Source: Rubripirellula sp.
Lineage (GTDB): Bacteria; Planctomycetota; Planctomycetia; Pirellulales; Pirellulaceae
DNA: 64,000 bases
Assembly (NCBI GenBank): GCA_965216875.1
Contig: OZ244207.1
Location: 5,600,001-5,664,000 of the forward strand
Direction: 5' to 3'
Shown here: positions 20,101 to 29,949 of the stretch, piece after piece
How the letters are laid out: every line of letters begins with the position of its first letter
Position numbering within the stretch: the first letter of the stretch is position 1
Notes under the pieces: model-generated
Seen by the model: only the letters and a program-made list of their open reading frames with translations
What the model was told of the DNA's origin: nothing
Database searches by the model: none
Made by a program: the position numbers and the translations under genes

Positions 20101-23100
20101 AAAAGAGCAAATACATCAACAACCAACTCTTCCGCAGCGAGGATGCCTTCGGTCGCAAAACCTATTACGGCTACGATGCAAATGATGGTCGATTGATCCG
20201 AACCGTGGTGGGAACCGTTCCCGAGTTCGAAATCCCCGAAGAGGATCCGAGCGTCTCAAACTACGATCCAAACGATGCGGTTCTGGCATTGACCCGAGAC
20301 AGCCAGCCCAACGCAACCTACATCATCACCGACTCGATCTACGACGAATCAGGCAAGCTAGTTGAGAGCATTGACCCTCGCAATATCGCTACCAAGTACG
20401 AATATGATGATGCGGGACGGCAGACGGCTGTCATCGCAGCGGCAACGACAGGTGTCGAAACACGTCGCGAGACGGTCTACAACATCGCCGGTCAAGTGAC
20501 CGAAGTTCGGAGCCCCCGCTACTTTGATTCAAGCGATACCGAAGGCTATCAAAAAGCTTCGGAAACTTGGACCTATGACGAACGTGGCAGGCAGTCGACA
20601 CACACTGTTGCGCCAAACTCTGCAATCGCGGCAACCGAATCGTTCAAGTATGACCTGCTGGGTCGACAGATCGAAAAGACCGATTTCGCTGGCAAGCTCT
20701 GGAAGGCCCACTTTGAAGATTGTTGTGGCAAAGTCACGGGAAGTGAGAATCCACTTGGTCATGGTGCCATTAGTCGGCGTGACTCGTTGGGGCGTGTGAT
20801 CCATCAAGCCTCGCTCGAAACCTATTCGGACCATGTTGCGGCGCTCGACAATCCGGTCGATGCCAAAACACTGCGTGAGGTCACCACCCGATACGATGGA
20901 CGTGGTCGCCCGGTGGCAAGAACCACGTGGCTCGTCGCCCGAGGCGTTGTCGATGCAACCAATCCACCGATCGCGGGCCTAGATGGAGTCGCCGCCACAG
21001 ACGGTATTACTCAACAATACCTCTACGACGAAGACCTTACCGATGGCGTCGGTCTCGATTCCGCCACGGGCGCGTCTGTCGATCAGCTTGGCGGTGGAAC
21101 GTATAACGTTTCACTTTCGGCCGCGCTTGCCAAACTCGCCGACACCGAAGCCAACGGTGGCGCTGGCATCACCTTCAATGCAGATGCAATCGGTAGTGCG
21201 CGTGTCTCGATCAACGCTGAAGAGGAAATCAGCTTCAGCATCAGTGACGCAGCAGGGAAATCCGTCATGTCAGGCATCATCGAGCCACATGACGGAGCCA
21301 ATCCGAACTCGCTACTCAGTTGGAACGTCACTCCTGATCAAGCCACCACGAACTTGGCAGGCTATGGCACCGTAGTCGTTTCAAAGAGTGTCAACGCGTT
21401 TGGCAAATCCAACACTCAGCATAGTGACGCGGCCGGACGCACGATTCAATCGATAGATGCACTCGGGAAAATCACTTCGTACACCTACGACGCATCAGGA
21501 AATCTGCTTTCGGTGCGCGACCCAAACAACGTTGGTCAGGACTGCACCTACGATGCACTCGGACGTGGCCTGACCTGCACCGACACCGGTGGCGCATCGA
21601 CAAGCAGCACCTACGACGATGCCGGAAACAAGATCGTTTCGACCGATGCAGCGAGCAACAATACGACCTACACCTTCGATGCGCGTGGTCGCCAGATCAA
21701 ACAGACCGACCGCCTTGGTGGTGAAACGGAGTTCGACTACACCGCCACCGGCCAGCTAGCATCGCTTACTGATGCCGAGGATCAGGTCACCAGCTACACC
21801 TACGACGATGCCGGCGGCAAGCTTACCGAGACCTATCCCGACCACATTGGCGGAACGCCCGGACAAGCGGGCTACGGGATCGTCACCTTCACGCTCGATG
21901 CGACCGGACGCACACTTCGCAAGCAGGATCAGCTTGGTGATACGGTCACCTACAACTACGACCTCGCTGGTCGTCTAACGAGTCGCGACTATCGCACTGT
22001 CGCCAATAGCCCCTCTGGGACGATTGCTGACAGCGACACCTTCACTTATGACGCAGCCGGTCGCATGCTGACTGCAGCGAGTGGTCGCTATACCAACACC
22101 GTCACCTACACTTATGACGATGCCGGACGAAAAGCGACCGAAGCGCTCACCATTGCCGGTGTCACCTACACGACCACAACCGCCTACAACGCGGCCGGCC
22201 AGGTGACCGGATACACCTACCCCGACGGGACATCCGTCACGCGGACCTACACCGATCGCGGGCAATTGGCAACGATTGGGGTTGATAGCACGACCGTCGA
22301 CACCCGGACTTATGACGACGGAGGCCGAATGCTTACTAGCGTGTACAATAATGGGGTGACAGAGACACGTGCCTACAACTCCGATAACACGCTGGCCAGT
22401 ATCATGCATGCAGGTGCTGCAATCGGTAACTACACCTACGGCTGGGACAGCAACAAGAACAAGACTTCCGAAGCAATCACGGGAACGATGTCAGGTTATG
22501 GGTTTACAGTCGGCGCGAGCGGCTACGACGACGAAGATCGTCTGGTCAACTGGGAACGTGACGACTCAAACCTTGATCAATCATGGAACCTCTCTCTGGT
22601 GGGTGACTGGAACAGCATCACCGAAAACGGCAGCGTTCAAAGCCGGACGCATGGACCGGCTCATGAAATTCTCACTGTCGCGTCGCAGGCGATCACTCAC
22701 GACGCCAAAGGTAACATAACCTCGATCCCCGCAGTCCTCCGCAGCGGCTCCGATTCGCTGGCGATGTCCTGGGATTTTGATAATCGAATGACTGGAGCCG
22801 ACGTTGACAACGACGGTACCGACGACGTCACCTACCAATTCGATGCGCTTGGTCGCCGAGTTCATAGTGATGATGGCAGCACTGCCACGGTCTTCGTGCA
22901 AAGCGGTCAGCAAACGTTCGCCGACTACACGAGCGGCACGGCGGCCACGAGCCCAACTTACACCTACGTCTACGCCAGCTACATCGACGAACCGGTTTAC
23001 CGAGACGGCAGCGGCGGAGTGCGCTACTACCATCGCACCCAACAGTACTCGATCACCGCGCTGACCGATTCAAGCGGCACGATAAGAGAACGCTACGCCT

Positions 23101-23891
23101 ACAGCGCCTACGGCGAGCCAACCATCACCGATGCCGCCGGAGTCACACGCACATCCACCGCCGAAGGCAACCGCTACACCTACACCGGCCGTGAATGGGA
23201 CAACATCGCCGAACTCTTCCACTACCGAGCGAGGATGTACGACTCGGCGAGTGGCCGGTTCTGCTCCAGAGATCCGATTGGGTACTTTGACGCAAACAGC
23301 CTATATCAGTCGCGCATGTATTTGAATGCTCTTGATTCTCTGGGTTTGTGCTCGGTTGAATGCACACCATTTGCCAAAAAGGATGTGGCGGCAGTGCATT
23401 TTGGGATGCAAAGCTGGGATGTAGGAAATAATCCCGGTGCGGGAGATGACGCGGTGATTGATATTTGGACGATCGAGATTGCCCAAAAAATCCTGAACAT
23501 AATTGCAATACGTGGTGCTGGTTCGACTAAGAGCATTGATGACATCATCAAAGAGATTGTGGACGCTGGTGGCAATCCCTCTTCTAAGAATACGGTCGAT
23601 GCTATCGAACAGATATGGAGCAAGCGGCAAAAACTCGGAATCCGAAGACAATTCCAGGCTTTGTTCATCAAGGTGCGCGGAAAATGTTGCAGGCAAGGTA
23701 AATACCCTTGGTCGAGCAACTACTGGGATAAGTACGACTACTGGTATCGTTGTGATGCTGCCCAGAAAATCGACCTGACGCGTCCAGAAGATGTCGCTAA
23801 AAAGCTAGACCGCAACTTGCAACAATGCATTAAGAACGCAGAGGCTGCCTTCGATTGTAAGACACTGATGGGTAATGTGGCGAAAGGTTGA
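17160..23891 (+). CDS. Rhs/YD-repeat polymorphic toxin with N-terminal Sec signal peptide
   Basis: Signal MNPLRRFVIRLVVMVFAAVSICSYGFA|Q; many YD repeats; Rhs core YTGREWD...YRARMYD...GRFCSRDPIG...DSLGL; variable C-terminal domain. Confidence 0.93.
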   Translation: MNPLRRFVIRLVVMVFAAVSICSYGFAQNPPPPEMVWGNVNSEDATPSPIIRQPDMRTATANSAVNGCMNKACVSECPPPAGISDVSGWNPYDSGPFVSDWNPSGSGPLGRGGWNPSGSGPLGRGGWNPSGSGPLGRGGWNPSGSGPLGRGGWNPSGSGPLGRGGWNPSGSGPLGCGSGSCGSGGRSGGAGIPANQSPFYFSTITGGANGRPLRQGTINGMSMIEGFGLDYMHWADDIVPRIRGDIGVRRFHRPRFSACGSSFGPMVMSNWDLRLYFHLYYGGDTSVGYTQIYVRDPIAQTPYRLNHISYGTYNEGGHNLLAADKGKFVPQTAGTIKEAWVGPELPDSNTVWDYNPQASSINSSNFFLAHEDVRTATMTGWDGVVYEFELMKIPDQTAWEQVLDQQWLYMNGLPGYSQAAYYGSEIYNYVIQGRLTKITIPGNRSYTISYKSWTPMEIYDSWERVWQIDTITSETGQTLTYTYGAQTVAGQWAVSNIANSNGKSASYTYTNDYLSQVTRSDGTTSSFTNGFDSVANAASIEFDDPAAENGHRKKTILLSSSSAGTSGFYFAGSMNLIRSVVNAAGEVAYASIPVMNYSAPSGQGLSVFNYVGGGRMMRNVPAGGANLNATGAFWRWSSYMEGGWQMSVNNGAMEFTGDAESPIAVHESTGLWGTLGNLYPTTVDERGLTQTHEYDNGWLVRTNYSDGSFETWCRDGSGRVTRYRDRNGNVTKYAYHSSGALSLKEVGLTDHPSNVDVPPTQYGSGTPYDYCATNDVQTADHAVYQWTYNADGQLLASIDPLTNQTDYNYDAQDQLIEIKAPQVTGESGRATTTMTYHPSGKLKTMTDPVGTVIEYFYDGQDRLISTLYDDGTTDRTEYETGTNGFGLPAKTIDRLGVVTTYEYDAADRLIKKVAAAAQMDGATETPTPELASTSEWKYLEGTNDPIATRVDGRVTTYKYDYRGRRIETKVYSSAGVSKVVQKSKYINNQLFRSEDAFGRKTYYGYDANDGRLIRTVVGTVPEFEIPEEDPSVSNYDPNDAVLALTRDSQPNATYIITDSIYDESGKLVESIDPRNIATKYEYDDAGRQTAVIAAATTGVETRRETVYNIAGQVTEVRSPRYFDSSDTEGYQKASETWTYDERGRQSTHTVAPNSAIAATESFKYDLLGRQIEKTDFAGKLWKAHFEDCCGKVTGSENPLGHGAISRRDSLGRVIHQASLETYSDHVAALDNPVDAKTLREVTTRYDGRGRPVARTTWLVARGVVDATNPPIAGLDGVAATDGITQQYLYDEDLTDGVGLDSATGASVDQLGGGTYNVSLSAALAKLADTEANGGAGITFNADAIGSARVSINAEEEISFSISDAAGKSVMSGIIEPHDGANPNSLLSWNVTPDQATTNLAGYGTVVVSKSVNAFGKSNTQHSDAAGRTIQSIDALGKITSYTYDASGNLLSVRDPNNVGQDCTYDALGRGLTCTDTGGASTSSTYDDAGNKIVSTDAASNNTTYTFDARGRQIKQTDRLGGETEFDYTATGQLASLTDAEDQVTSYTYDDAGGKLTETYPDHIGGTPGQAGYGIVTFTLDATGRTLRKQDQLGDTVTYNYDLAGRLTSRDYRTVANSPSGTIADSDTFTYDAAGRMLTAASGRYTNTVTYTYDDAGRKATEALTIAGVTYTTTTAYNAAGQVTGYTYPDGTSVTRTYTDRGQLATIGVDSTTVDTRTYDDGGRMLTSVYNNGVTETRAYNSDNTLASIMHAGAAIGNYTYGWDSNKNKTSEAITGTMSGYGFTVGASGYDDEDRLVNWERDDSNLDQSWNLSLVGDWNSITENGSVQSRTHGPAHEILTVASQAITHDAKGNITSIPAVLRSGSDSLAMSWDFDNRMTGADVDNDGTDDVTYQFDALGRRVHSDDGSTATVFVQSGQQTFADYTSGTAATSPTYTYVYASYIDEPVYRDGSGGVRYYHRTQQYSITALTDSSGTIRERYAYSAYGEPTITDAAGVTRTSTAEGNRYTYTGREWDNIAELFHYRARMYDSASGRFCSRDPIGYFDANSLYQSRMYLNALDSLGLCSVECTPFAKKDVAAVHFGMQSWDVGNNPGAGDDAVIDIWTIEIAQKILNIIAIRGAGSTKSIDDIIKEIVDAGGNPSSKNTVDAIEQIWSKRQKLGIRRQFQALFIKVRGKCCRQGKYPWSSNYWDKYDYWYRCDAAQKIDLTRPEDVAKKLDRNLQQCIKNAEAAFDCKTLMGNVAKG
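17459..17683 (+). repeat. In-frame 39-bp tandem repeat (5 full copies plus 1 partial) encoding WNPSGSGPLGRGG
   Basis: Unit ctggaatccaagtggttcggggcc(a/g)cttggtcgaggtgg at 17459, 17498, 17537, 17576, 17615 and 17654 (partial); a degenerate 36-bp unit precedes it. Confidence 0.95.
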
Positions 23892-23892
23892 G

Positions 23893-24483
23893 ATGAAAGC
23901 AAGATTGGCACAGATGTTCGCCGTCTTTTTGGTGGTCTTTTCAATTCCACTAATACGTAGGCAATATCTGCAATGGGAATTCGAAAAAGCGAGGGAATCG
24001 TCGCTACGCAATACTTATAGCGTGGGATGGAAAACCGATTCGCCAGATCCGATGACAAGAGCGTTTGCGATTCGCCATGAAACTGTCGTTGATCGTATTG
24101 CAAGTGTGCAATTTCCTATTGCTGATGACCCTAGACTGATTTACGCCCTTTCGTATTCTGATTCTCTTGGTTGTTATCTTGTCGTTGACTGGTTAGGCAC
24201 TAATGAGGTCGAGGGCGTAAAGCTTGTGTTTAAGGAATCTAGTCATTACGTTGCATTTGGTGAAGGTGACCTTATTCCGAGAGAGTCAGCAAAGGGGCTT
24301 TATGTTTGGCGGAGTATCGAAATACCTCGCGAGTTGCCGTTCGCGATGTTGGACCACATCCAACTTGTCGGTCCAAACAATCAATCCATTGGCGCAGCTC
24401 TAAAGGATGTCGTTGTAGTACCAAGCAACTCGGGGACGGAGGAAGATAAAGGGAAGAGAAAAGGGGACGGGGGTCTTTTTTAA
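23893..24483 (+). CDS. Candidate Rhs immunity protein, membrane-anchored or exported
   Basis: Starts 1 nt after the Rhs stop; N-terminal hydrophobic helix; visibly more AT-rich, like the toxin tip. Confidence 0.6.
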   Translation: MKARLAQMFAVFLVVFSIPLIRRQYLQWEFEKARESSLRNTYSVGWKTDSPDPMTRAFAIRHETVVDRIASVQFPIADDPRLIYALSYSDSLGCYLVVDWLGTNEVEGVKLVFKESSHYVAFGEGDLIPRESAKGLYVWRSIEIPRELPFAMLDHIQLVGPNNQSIGAALKDVVVVPSNSGTEEDKGKRKGDGGLF

Positions 24484-24650
24484 GGGCTTGGCCGAATCTA
24501 GGATGAAGTCTTTCTCGTTGATGGGAAGTCAGCACTGCCGAGACGAACTCGATCCTCCGCTGCTGTCGCCTTGGCCCATCCGTCGCTCACCCGACACACA
24601 ACCAAGAAGTGAGCATCGTCCTGAACTGGGAGATTTTTGAACCGGGTCGC
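24459..24650 (-). pseudogene. Remnant of a REP-associated tyrosine transposase (RAYT/Y1) with terminal motif
   Basis: Minus-strand RFKNLPVQDDAHFLVVCR resembles the RAYT segment GRFKSFPVQDDxHFLxVCRY; no full ORF; ends at aaaaagacccccgtcccctttt. Confidence 0.55.
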
Positions 24651-25255
24651 GCGCGTCAAGGCGGCTACACCGTTTGCCGGGAAGGCAAGAGTTTCTGCAT
24701 GAGAGCTAACCGCACCAATCAGAGATAGCGCTGCGCGCGGCCATTGAAAAACCGGCCGAAAACTTGCAGCTCCAGACCTAAGTGACCCGATCGAAGCCAG
24801 GAGACAGCTTCGAATCAACACAATGGTCTCGCTAGTGGTATGTCCCCATGTGCCCCATTTTGGGCGAGGAGTGCTTGCGGGGTCTTCCGCGAGGTCGGAT
24901 CGTGGACCATAGACCGAGCCGATCAGCAATCGATTCTGTCCAAGTAGCGTCTCCGAACGGGCGCTCTCGTTGGACACTGGTCCGAATAGCTTCACGCTCC
25001 CGGCGTTAATCGAAACCGGCAACCGGTTGCATAACCTCGTATGCAATCGACCCGGTCACAACGTCCCGTGACCATGCGGAAGGTCTTACCAAAGGAGTGC
25101 ACTGATTCGAGGGCAATGCGGGGGCGCGTCTTTGAGTGTTCGGAGGGGACTCGTTGCCTCGTCCACTACCATAATCTCGCCCACTACTAAGATGGCGACG
25201 GGCTATAATCGAGTCGGTGTATGTGAATCGGTTTGAATGGTCAGGCTTCATGATT

Positions 25256-25798
25256 ATGTACGGCAAGGCGAATTGCAGAGATCTCGCTCGCCCCAAAGCG
25301 TTTACGCTCCTTGAGATCATGGTGGTGGTTGCAATTCTTGCAATCGTGTCGGCGTCGGCTGTCTTGGCAGTTCGCCAACCTCTTGCCGACACCCAGCACG
25401 AACTCACCGTTTCAAAACTGCGATGGCTTGACTCGCTGGTAAGGGGGCGAGCCGAGCGGTTTGGTCAGGCGGCGCTCGAAATCGATGCTCAGCTCGGTTC
25501 GGCTAGCGTTTCGACCGGTATGGACCGATCGGGTCGTCGCGCGGTGGATCATAGGATGGTAGTCGACCAGCCAACGCACATTCACACTGTCTTGGGGCAC
25601 AACGAGAAATCGAACGAAGGCGTTTATCGAATCGTCTATAATCGTTTTGGCCGGTGTTCCTCCTACGCCATTGAGCTCGGTGACAAGCACTCGTCTCAGT
25701 GGCTGCTGGTGCTTGGATTGACCGGCCAGACGTACAACTTCGATGATCGGGGCAAGGTGGATGCGATTATTGCGGCCGAGCGGAATGACGCTGATTGA
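25256..25798 (+). CDS. gspH: T2SS minor pseudopilin (GspH-like)
   Basis: KA|FTLLEIMVVVAILAIV prepilin motif; first of four coupled pilin genes. Confidence 0.75.
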   Translation: MYGKANCRDLARPKAFTLLEIMVVVAILAIVSASAVLAVRQPLADTQHELTVSKLRWLDSLVRGRAERFGQAALEIDAQLGSASVSTGMDRSGRRAVDHRMVVDQPTHIHTVLGHNEKSNEGVYRIVYNRFGRCSSYAIELGDKHSSQWLLVLGLTGQTYNFDDRGKVDAIIAAERNDAD

Positions 25799-26171
25799 AG
25801 TCGTTGCCGGCATCGCGTTGCTGGGCACGCTCATGGTCGCTGTCTTGATAAGCGGTAGCCAACATCTACGTCAGTTGAAGGCGGCTGACCAGAAGCGGCA
25901 AGCTACAGCCAAGCTCGACGACTTTTTAGCTGCCTGGGCGTTGCAAAACTTTTCCGATGACGGTCTGTCGGTTGCAGCGGCTCGTGCTGGATTGAGCGTG
26001 GCTGACCACCCCGTTGCATCTGATTCGACGCAAACGTCCTATGTCGTGGAAGTAAGTCCACGCCCGGCGTTGATCGACGGCGGCAAAGTGCTGCGGCTCG
26101 ATGTTTCGGCTCAACGACCTAACGGAACACGCCGTCCGGCAGCTTGGGCAGAGATTCTGGTGGAACAATGA
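25761..26171 (+). CDS. gspI: T2SS minor pseudopilin (GspI-like)
   Basis: SG|MTLIEVVAGIALL; gene order. Confidence 0.7.
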   Translation: MRLLRPSGMTLIEVVAGIALLGTLMVAVLISGSQHLRQLKAADQKRQATAKLDDFLAAWALQNFSDDGLSVAAARAGLSVADHPVASDSTQTSYVVEVSPRPALIDGGKVLRLDVSAQRPNGTRRPAAWAEILVEQ

Positions 26172-26686
26172 GGGTTTGTGGTTCCAGACACGCACCTCGA
26201 CATGGCCTTACGCTGGTCGAGCTAACCGTTGCGCTCGCGCTATCAGCGATGCTAATGGCTGGCATCGTCGGTTTGTTGCGCGGCTTGAATCAACAATCAG
26301 AGCTTGCTGAAGAATACGACACCGATGTTTGGCCTGCGCGATTTGTCTCTTTGATTCGAAGCGATTTGATGTCCGCCCAGTCGTTATGGGATGGAAGCGG
26401 CGTGATTTGGATGAGGCATGATGCGTCGGGCCAAGCACAGAGCCGGGTTGGGTATCGTTGCCGTACTTTGACTGAAGGGCTCAGCGTGCTGGAACGAATC
26501 GATGCAGACGCTGTGTCCGTTTTGGCGATCGGGCCCGCACGTGTTGACGTGGAGAGGCTTGATGCCCAGGGACTTCCACAGCCGATTCCGAACACGCCTG
26601 GACCAGTGCCAACCCAGGTTCGCATCTGGGTATGGGATGGCGAGAACACCGAGCCGGTTGTCCTTCGTGATCTGGTGTTGCGATGA
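26168..26686 (+). CDS. gspJ: T2SS minor pseudopilin (GspJ-like)
   Basis: HG|LTLVELTVALAL; gene order. Confidence 0.7.
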   Translation: MRVCGSRHAPRHGLTLVELTVALALSAMLMAGIVGLLRGLNQQSELAEEYDTDVWPARFVSLIRSDLMSAQSLWDGSGVIWMRHDASGQAQSRVGYRCRTLTEGLSVLERIDADAVSVLAIGPARVDVERLDAQGLPQPIPNTPGPVPTQVRIWVWDGENTEPVVLRDLVLR

Positions 26687-27531
26687 CGTCTATCGGCACA
26701 CGGACACAGCGCCGCGGGTTTGTCCTATTGATGGTTGTCGTAATGATCGCCATCGCAGCCATGATTTTGGCCCGACTCGCGAGCACTTCTCTGCGGGTTG
26801 CGTCGGTCGCTGTTGAAGAGGAACGCGAGATGCGAGAGCGTTGGGCAGTGGCCAGCCTGCGTCGGTATTCCTTTGAGACAGCGCCGAGGTTGTTTGCTGG
26901 TCTTTCAGATCAAGATGCCAACGACGGGACGCGAGCGGTCTTTTGGCAAGACGTGAGACTAGCTGGCGAGACCTGGAAGATCGTTGTGGCGGATGAGTCG
27001 GCAAAACTGAACCTCGCGAAGTTCCGAGGCCAGATCGGAAGTGACGATTGGTCGACCGATGTTGAACCGCTGCTCGAAACAAATTCGGTACGATTTAATT
27101 CGAGCATTGAGGCACCTCGATTGCGATGGGGCGACTGGCTCGAGGCGGCCGGTAGTTCCCGGTCGCCTTCGGCCGAGGCGGTCGCAACCGCAACGCAGCG
27201 CATCACGCTGTGGGGCGATGGTCGACTGAACGTCATGCAGTGTGATGATGAAACGCTTGGCATCGTTTGGAGACGACAGTTCGGCCATGCGCCACCGGCG
27301 GTGCTGCATCAGATGCGATCACAGCAACCGCCGCCGACAACACAACAAATGATGGCCGCATTGGATCTGCGGGATTCCCAGCGAGACAAGGCGAACAACT
27401 GGATCACGGCCGAAAGCCGTTGCTATTCGACTTGGGTATTTTGCAGAACGAGCCATCGAGTCCCCGCATCGCTCTTTGTAGAATGGGGGCAGTCGGGAGC
27501 TGCGAAGGAGCATCGCGGTTACCAATACTAA
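26683..27531 (+). CDS. gspK: T2SS minor pseudopilin (GspK-like)
   Basis: RG|FVLLMVVV lacking Glu5, plus the DESAKLNL and GRLNV motifs typical of GspK. Confidence 0.8.
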   Translation: MTSIGTRTQRRGFVLLMVVVMIAIAAMILARLASTSLRVASVAVEEEREMRERWAVASLRRYSFETAPRLFAGLSDQDANDGTRAVFWQDVRLAGETWKIVVADESAKLNLAKFRGQIGSDDWSTDVEPLLETNSVRFNSSIEAPRLRWGDWLEAAGSSRSPSAEAVATATQRITLWGDGRLNVMQCDDETLGIVWRRQFGHAPPAVLHQMRSQQPPPTTQQMMAALDLRDSQRDKANNWITAESRCYSTWVFCRTSHRVPASLFVEWGQSGAAKEHRGYQY

Positions 27532-27563
27532 GGCAGTGGTTCGGGCTTCGCTCGGGGTACAAA

Positions 27564-28091
27564 TTGAACGACAAGCATTCTCGTCTCGCTCTGGGAACCG
27601 CCAGTTTGATCTGCGCGTCTGGTGCTTCGGCTCTCATCTCAGCCGCAGTCCTCTTTCCACCTGCGATACCGGTTGTTGAACACAGCGCGGTGGATAGCCG
27701 ATTTATTCCTCAACCCACTTCCGTAGCCGGACGCGAAGAACTGACGGAAGAGGATTTTCAGTTTGTGTGGGGAAAGAAGCTGCAGCAGCCAAAAGAACAA
27801 CCCAAGCCAAGGCCTAACCGTCCCGCCAAAAAGGTCGAGCCTCCCAAACCACCGCCGAAGCCAGCAGTACGGTTAAACGTTTCAGTCACCGGGATCATCA
27901 AAACGGGCGACTACTCACGTGCATGGTTGTCCGTTGATCGGCGAACTGTAGCCGTTTCGCCTGGTGACGTAATCGAATCCCACCCGGGTTCGCCAACGGT
28001 GAAGGAGATCGGAGAACGAGAGGTCGACATCGAATTGGCCGGCGAGATGCATACCGTGTCACTCCCCGACTCCGAGATGATGGCCGAATGA
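27564..28091 (+). CDS. GspC/PilP-like membrane-anchored protein; start uncertain
   Basis: TM helix, Pro/Lys linker and VTGII...AWL...VSPGD...VKEI beta domain. Confidence 0.6.
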   Translation: MNDKHSRLALGTASLICASGASALISAAVLFPPAIPVVEHSAVDSRFIPQPTSVAGREELTEEDFQFVWGKKLQQPKEQPKPRPNRPAKKVEPPKPPPKPAVRLNVSVTGIIKTGDYSRAWLSVDRRTVAVSPGDVIESHPGSPTVKEIGEREVDIELAGEMHTVSLPDSEMMAE

Positions 28092-29347
28092 TTGAATCGC
28101 TTCATTCAAATGAATTGGAACCAGTGGTCCCGGCGTTGTTCGTCGCTGATGGAAGCTGCGCTATTCATGGCGACGGCGATGACGAGAGCGTTGACGCAGG
28201 TTCGATTGTCGTTGGATTGACGAGTCAACAATGCGTCTGCGTCAGTGGAACGTCCAGCAACCGCAGGTCGAGTCGCAGTTTGCTTGTCTATGATCTTGAA
28301 GACGAATTGCCCATCGATGGCGATGCATTGGCGATTGCACAGATCGATACAGCGGAGGGTGCATTTGTCGTCGCATGCGACGGCGACGAACACTGGGAGG
28401 CGGTTGCGAATCTTGAAGACCGAGGCTACTACGTTCGCGCAATCACTCCGCTGGTCTTTCTCGCCCTTGGCACGCTCGCAAAATCGAGGTCGCTGAAATC
28501 GCTTAGCACGATTATTTGGCAGAGTGGCAACGGGATCGACATTGTGACACTCTCTCGTGGCAAGGTGATTGACTGGCGATGGATTGCGGCGGAGCAGCGG
28601 ACAGCTGCGGAGTATGCTGATTCCGTGGGGGAAAACGAAGGCGGCGTCTGCCTTGTAGACGTCGATGTCGAATTGAGTGAGGCCTTTGCGGGTCTCGGAG
28701 ACGTCGAGGTCGAGTCGATCCCGCTGCGTGCAGCGGCAGAGGAGGAAGCGGATCGGATCGCAAACGGGTTGGCGGTGCCAATGATCGATCTTCGAAACGG
28801 TCCGCTCGAGTCCTCACAACCGCTTCGTCCAATTGCCAGTTCTCTCCGATTGTTCATCGTTTGTTTCTTTGCATTGCAGGCTTGCGTTGTCGGTGCGATT
28901 GCGGCTCGAAGCTCCTATCTAAGGTCGCTCGCAAGTCAGCTTGTCGACAAACAAGAAGCAGCGTTTGAGACGACCTTTCCTGGTGAACGTGTGCCAGTCG
29001 GAATCATTTCGCGACTACAAAGCGAGCAGCGACGACTGGCCGGTACACGCGGCGTTTCAGGTCCGTCGATGCCGCAGCTTCGTTCTGCGATTCCGATTAG
29101 CCATAAGCTGCTCAGTTCGATGCCCGAACAGAATGATGCGACCTACTGGCTGAGTCGACTCGAGTTGCAACCCGATGCTATTGGTGTGATGGAAGGCGAA
29201 GCCGAGTCCTACGGTGATCTCGAGTTGATAGCCGAACGAATGCGTATCGCCGGCCTTGACGTTCCCCCGGTTTCGGCAACGCAAACCTCCAAGGGCGTTT
29301 CACTTCGCTTCGAGGAGATCGGTGTTGCGAGTGAGGCCGAACAATGA
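28088..29347 (+). CDS. gspL: T2SS GspL-like protein
   Basis: Actin-like cytoplasmic part (YDLEDELPID), IDLRNG before a single TM helix, then a periplasmic domain. Confidence 0.7.
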   Translation: MIESLHSNELEPVVPALFVADGSCAIHGDGDDESVDAGSIVVGLTSQQCVCVSGTSSNRRSSRSLLVYDLEDELPIDGDALAIAQIDTAEGAFVVACDGDEHWEAVANLEDRGYYVRAITPLVFLALGTLAKSRSLKSLSTIIWQSGNGIDIVTLSRGKVIDWRWIAAEQRTAAEYADSVGENEGGVCLVDVDVELSEAFAGLGDVEVESIPLRAAAEEEADRIANGLAVPMIDLRNGPLESSQPLRPIASSLRLFIVCFFALQACVVGAIAARSSYLRSLASQLVDKQEAAFETTFPGERVPVGIISRLQSEQRRLAGTRGVSGPSMPQLRSAIPISHKLLSSMPEQNDATYWLSRLELQPDAIGVMEGEAESYGDLELIAERMRIAGLDVPPVSATQTSKGVSLRFEEIGVASEAEQ

Positions 29348-29886
29348 ACCAGTTCTCGAGATCAGCCTATTGGGTGTTGTTCACCCAGGCACTTCTGTTG
29401 GCGCTGATGATTTGGATGGGCCTGCGATTAAGTGACGCCCACGCTTCACTTAAGGACAGCGCCGACAATGAGAAACTCGCCGTGAAACTTGCAGCTGAGA
29501 TCGAGCAGTTGCGAGCAATGGATTCAGTCGCAAACGATGACGAAAACCAGGTGCGCATCGAAAACTCGCAGGTCGTTGAGCTAGCCAGGATGTGCGGTGT
29601 CACCGAACCTCAGATTGCTTCGATCCAGCGTTTGCCTTCCGAAGGGATCAAAAACACGGATTATCAACGGCACGACACATCCCTACAGTTCCGCGCCGTC
29701 ACCATGGAGCAATTGCTGCGAATGGGATTGATCATGGAGCGTGAACGGCCCTCGGCGAAGGTGACTGCGATCCATTTGACAAGCAACCGTCTGCCAAATG
29801 CCCAACACAAGGGCAATCAGGAGCTCTGGAATGTCGAGCTGATCTTGACGCAATTGGTCTACGTTGCGAGAAGTGCCATCAACTGA
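29344..29886 (+). CDS. gspM: T2SS GspM-like protein
   Basis: TM helix, coiled coil and ferredoxin-like tail; follows gspL. Confidence 0.55.
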   Translation: MNQFSRSAYWVLFTQALLLALMIWMGLRLSDAHASLKDSADNEKLAVKLAAEIEQLRAMDSVANDDENQVRIENSQVVELARMCGVTEPQIASIQRLPSEGIKNTDYQRHDTSLQFRAVTMEQLLRMGLIMERERPSAKVTAIHLTSNRLPNAQHKGNQELWNVELILTQLVYVARSAIN

Positions 29887-29949
29887 CGTTAAGCTGGGAA
29901 GGATTCCAGCACTTTTGAGGGCACTTCATTCTGCGGCAGGACTACGCAG

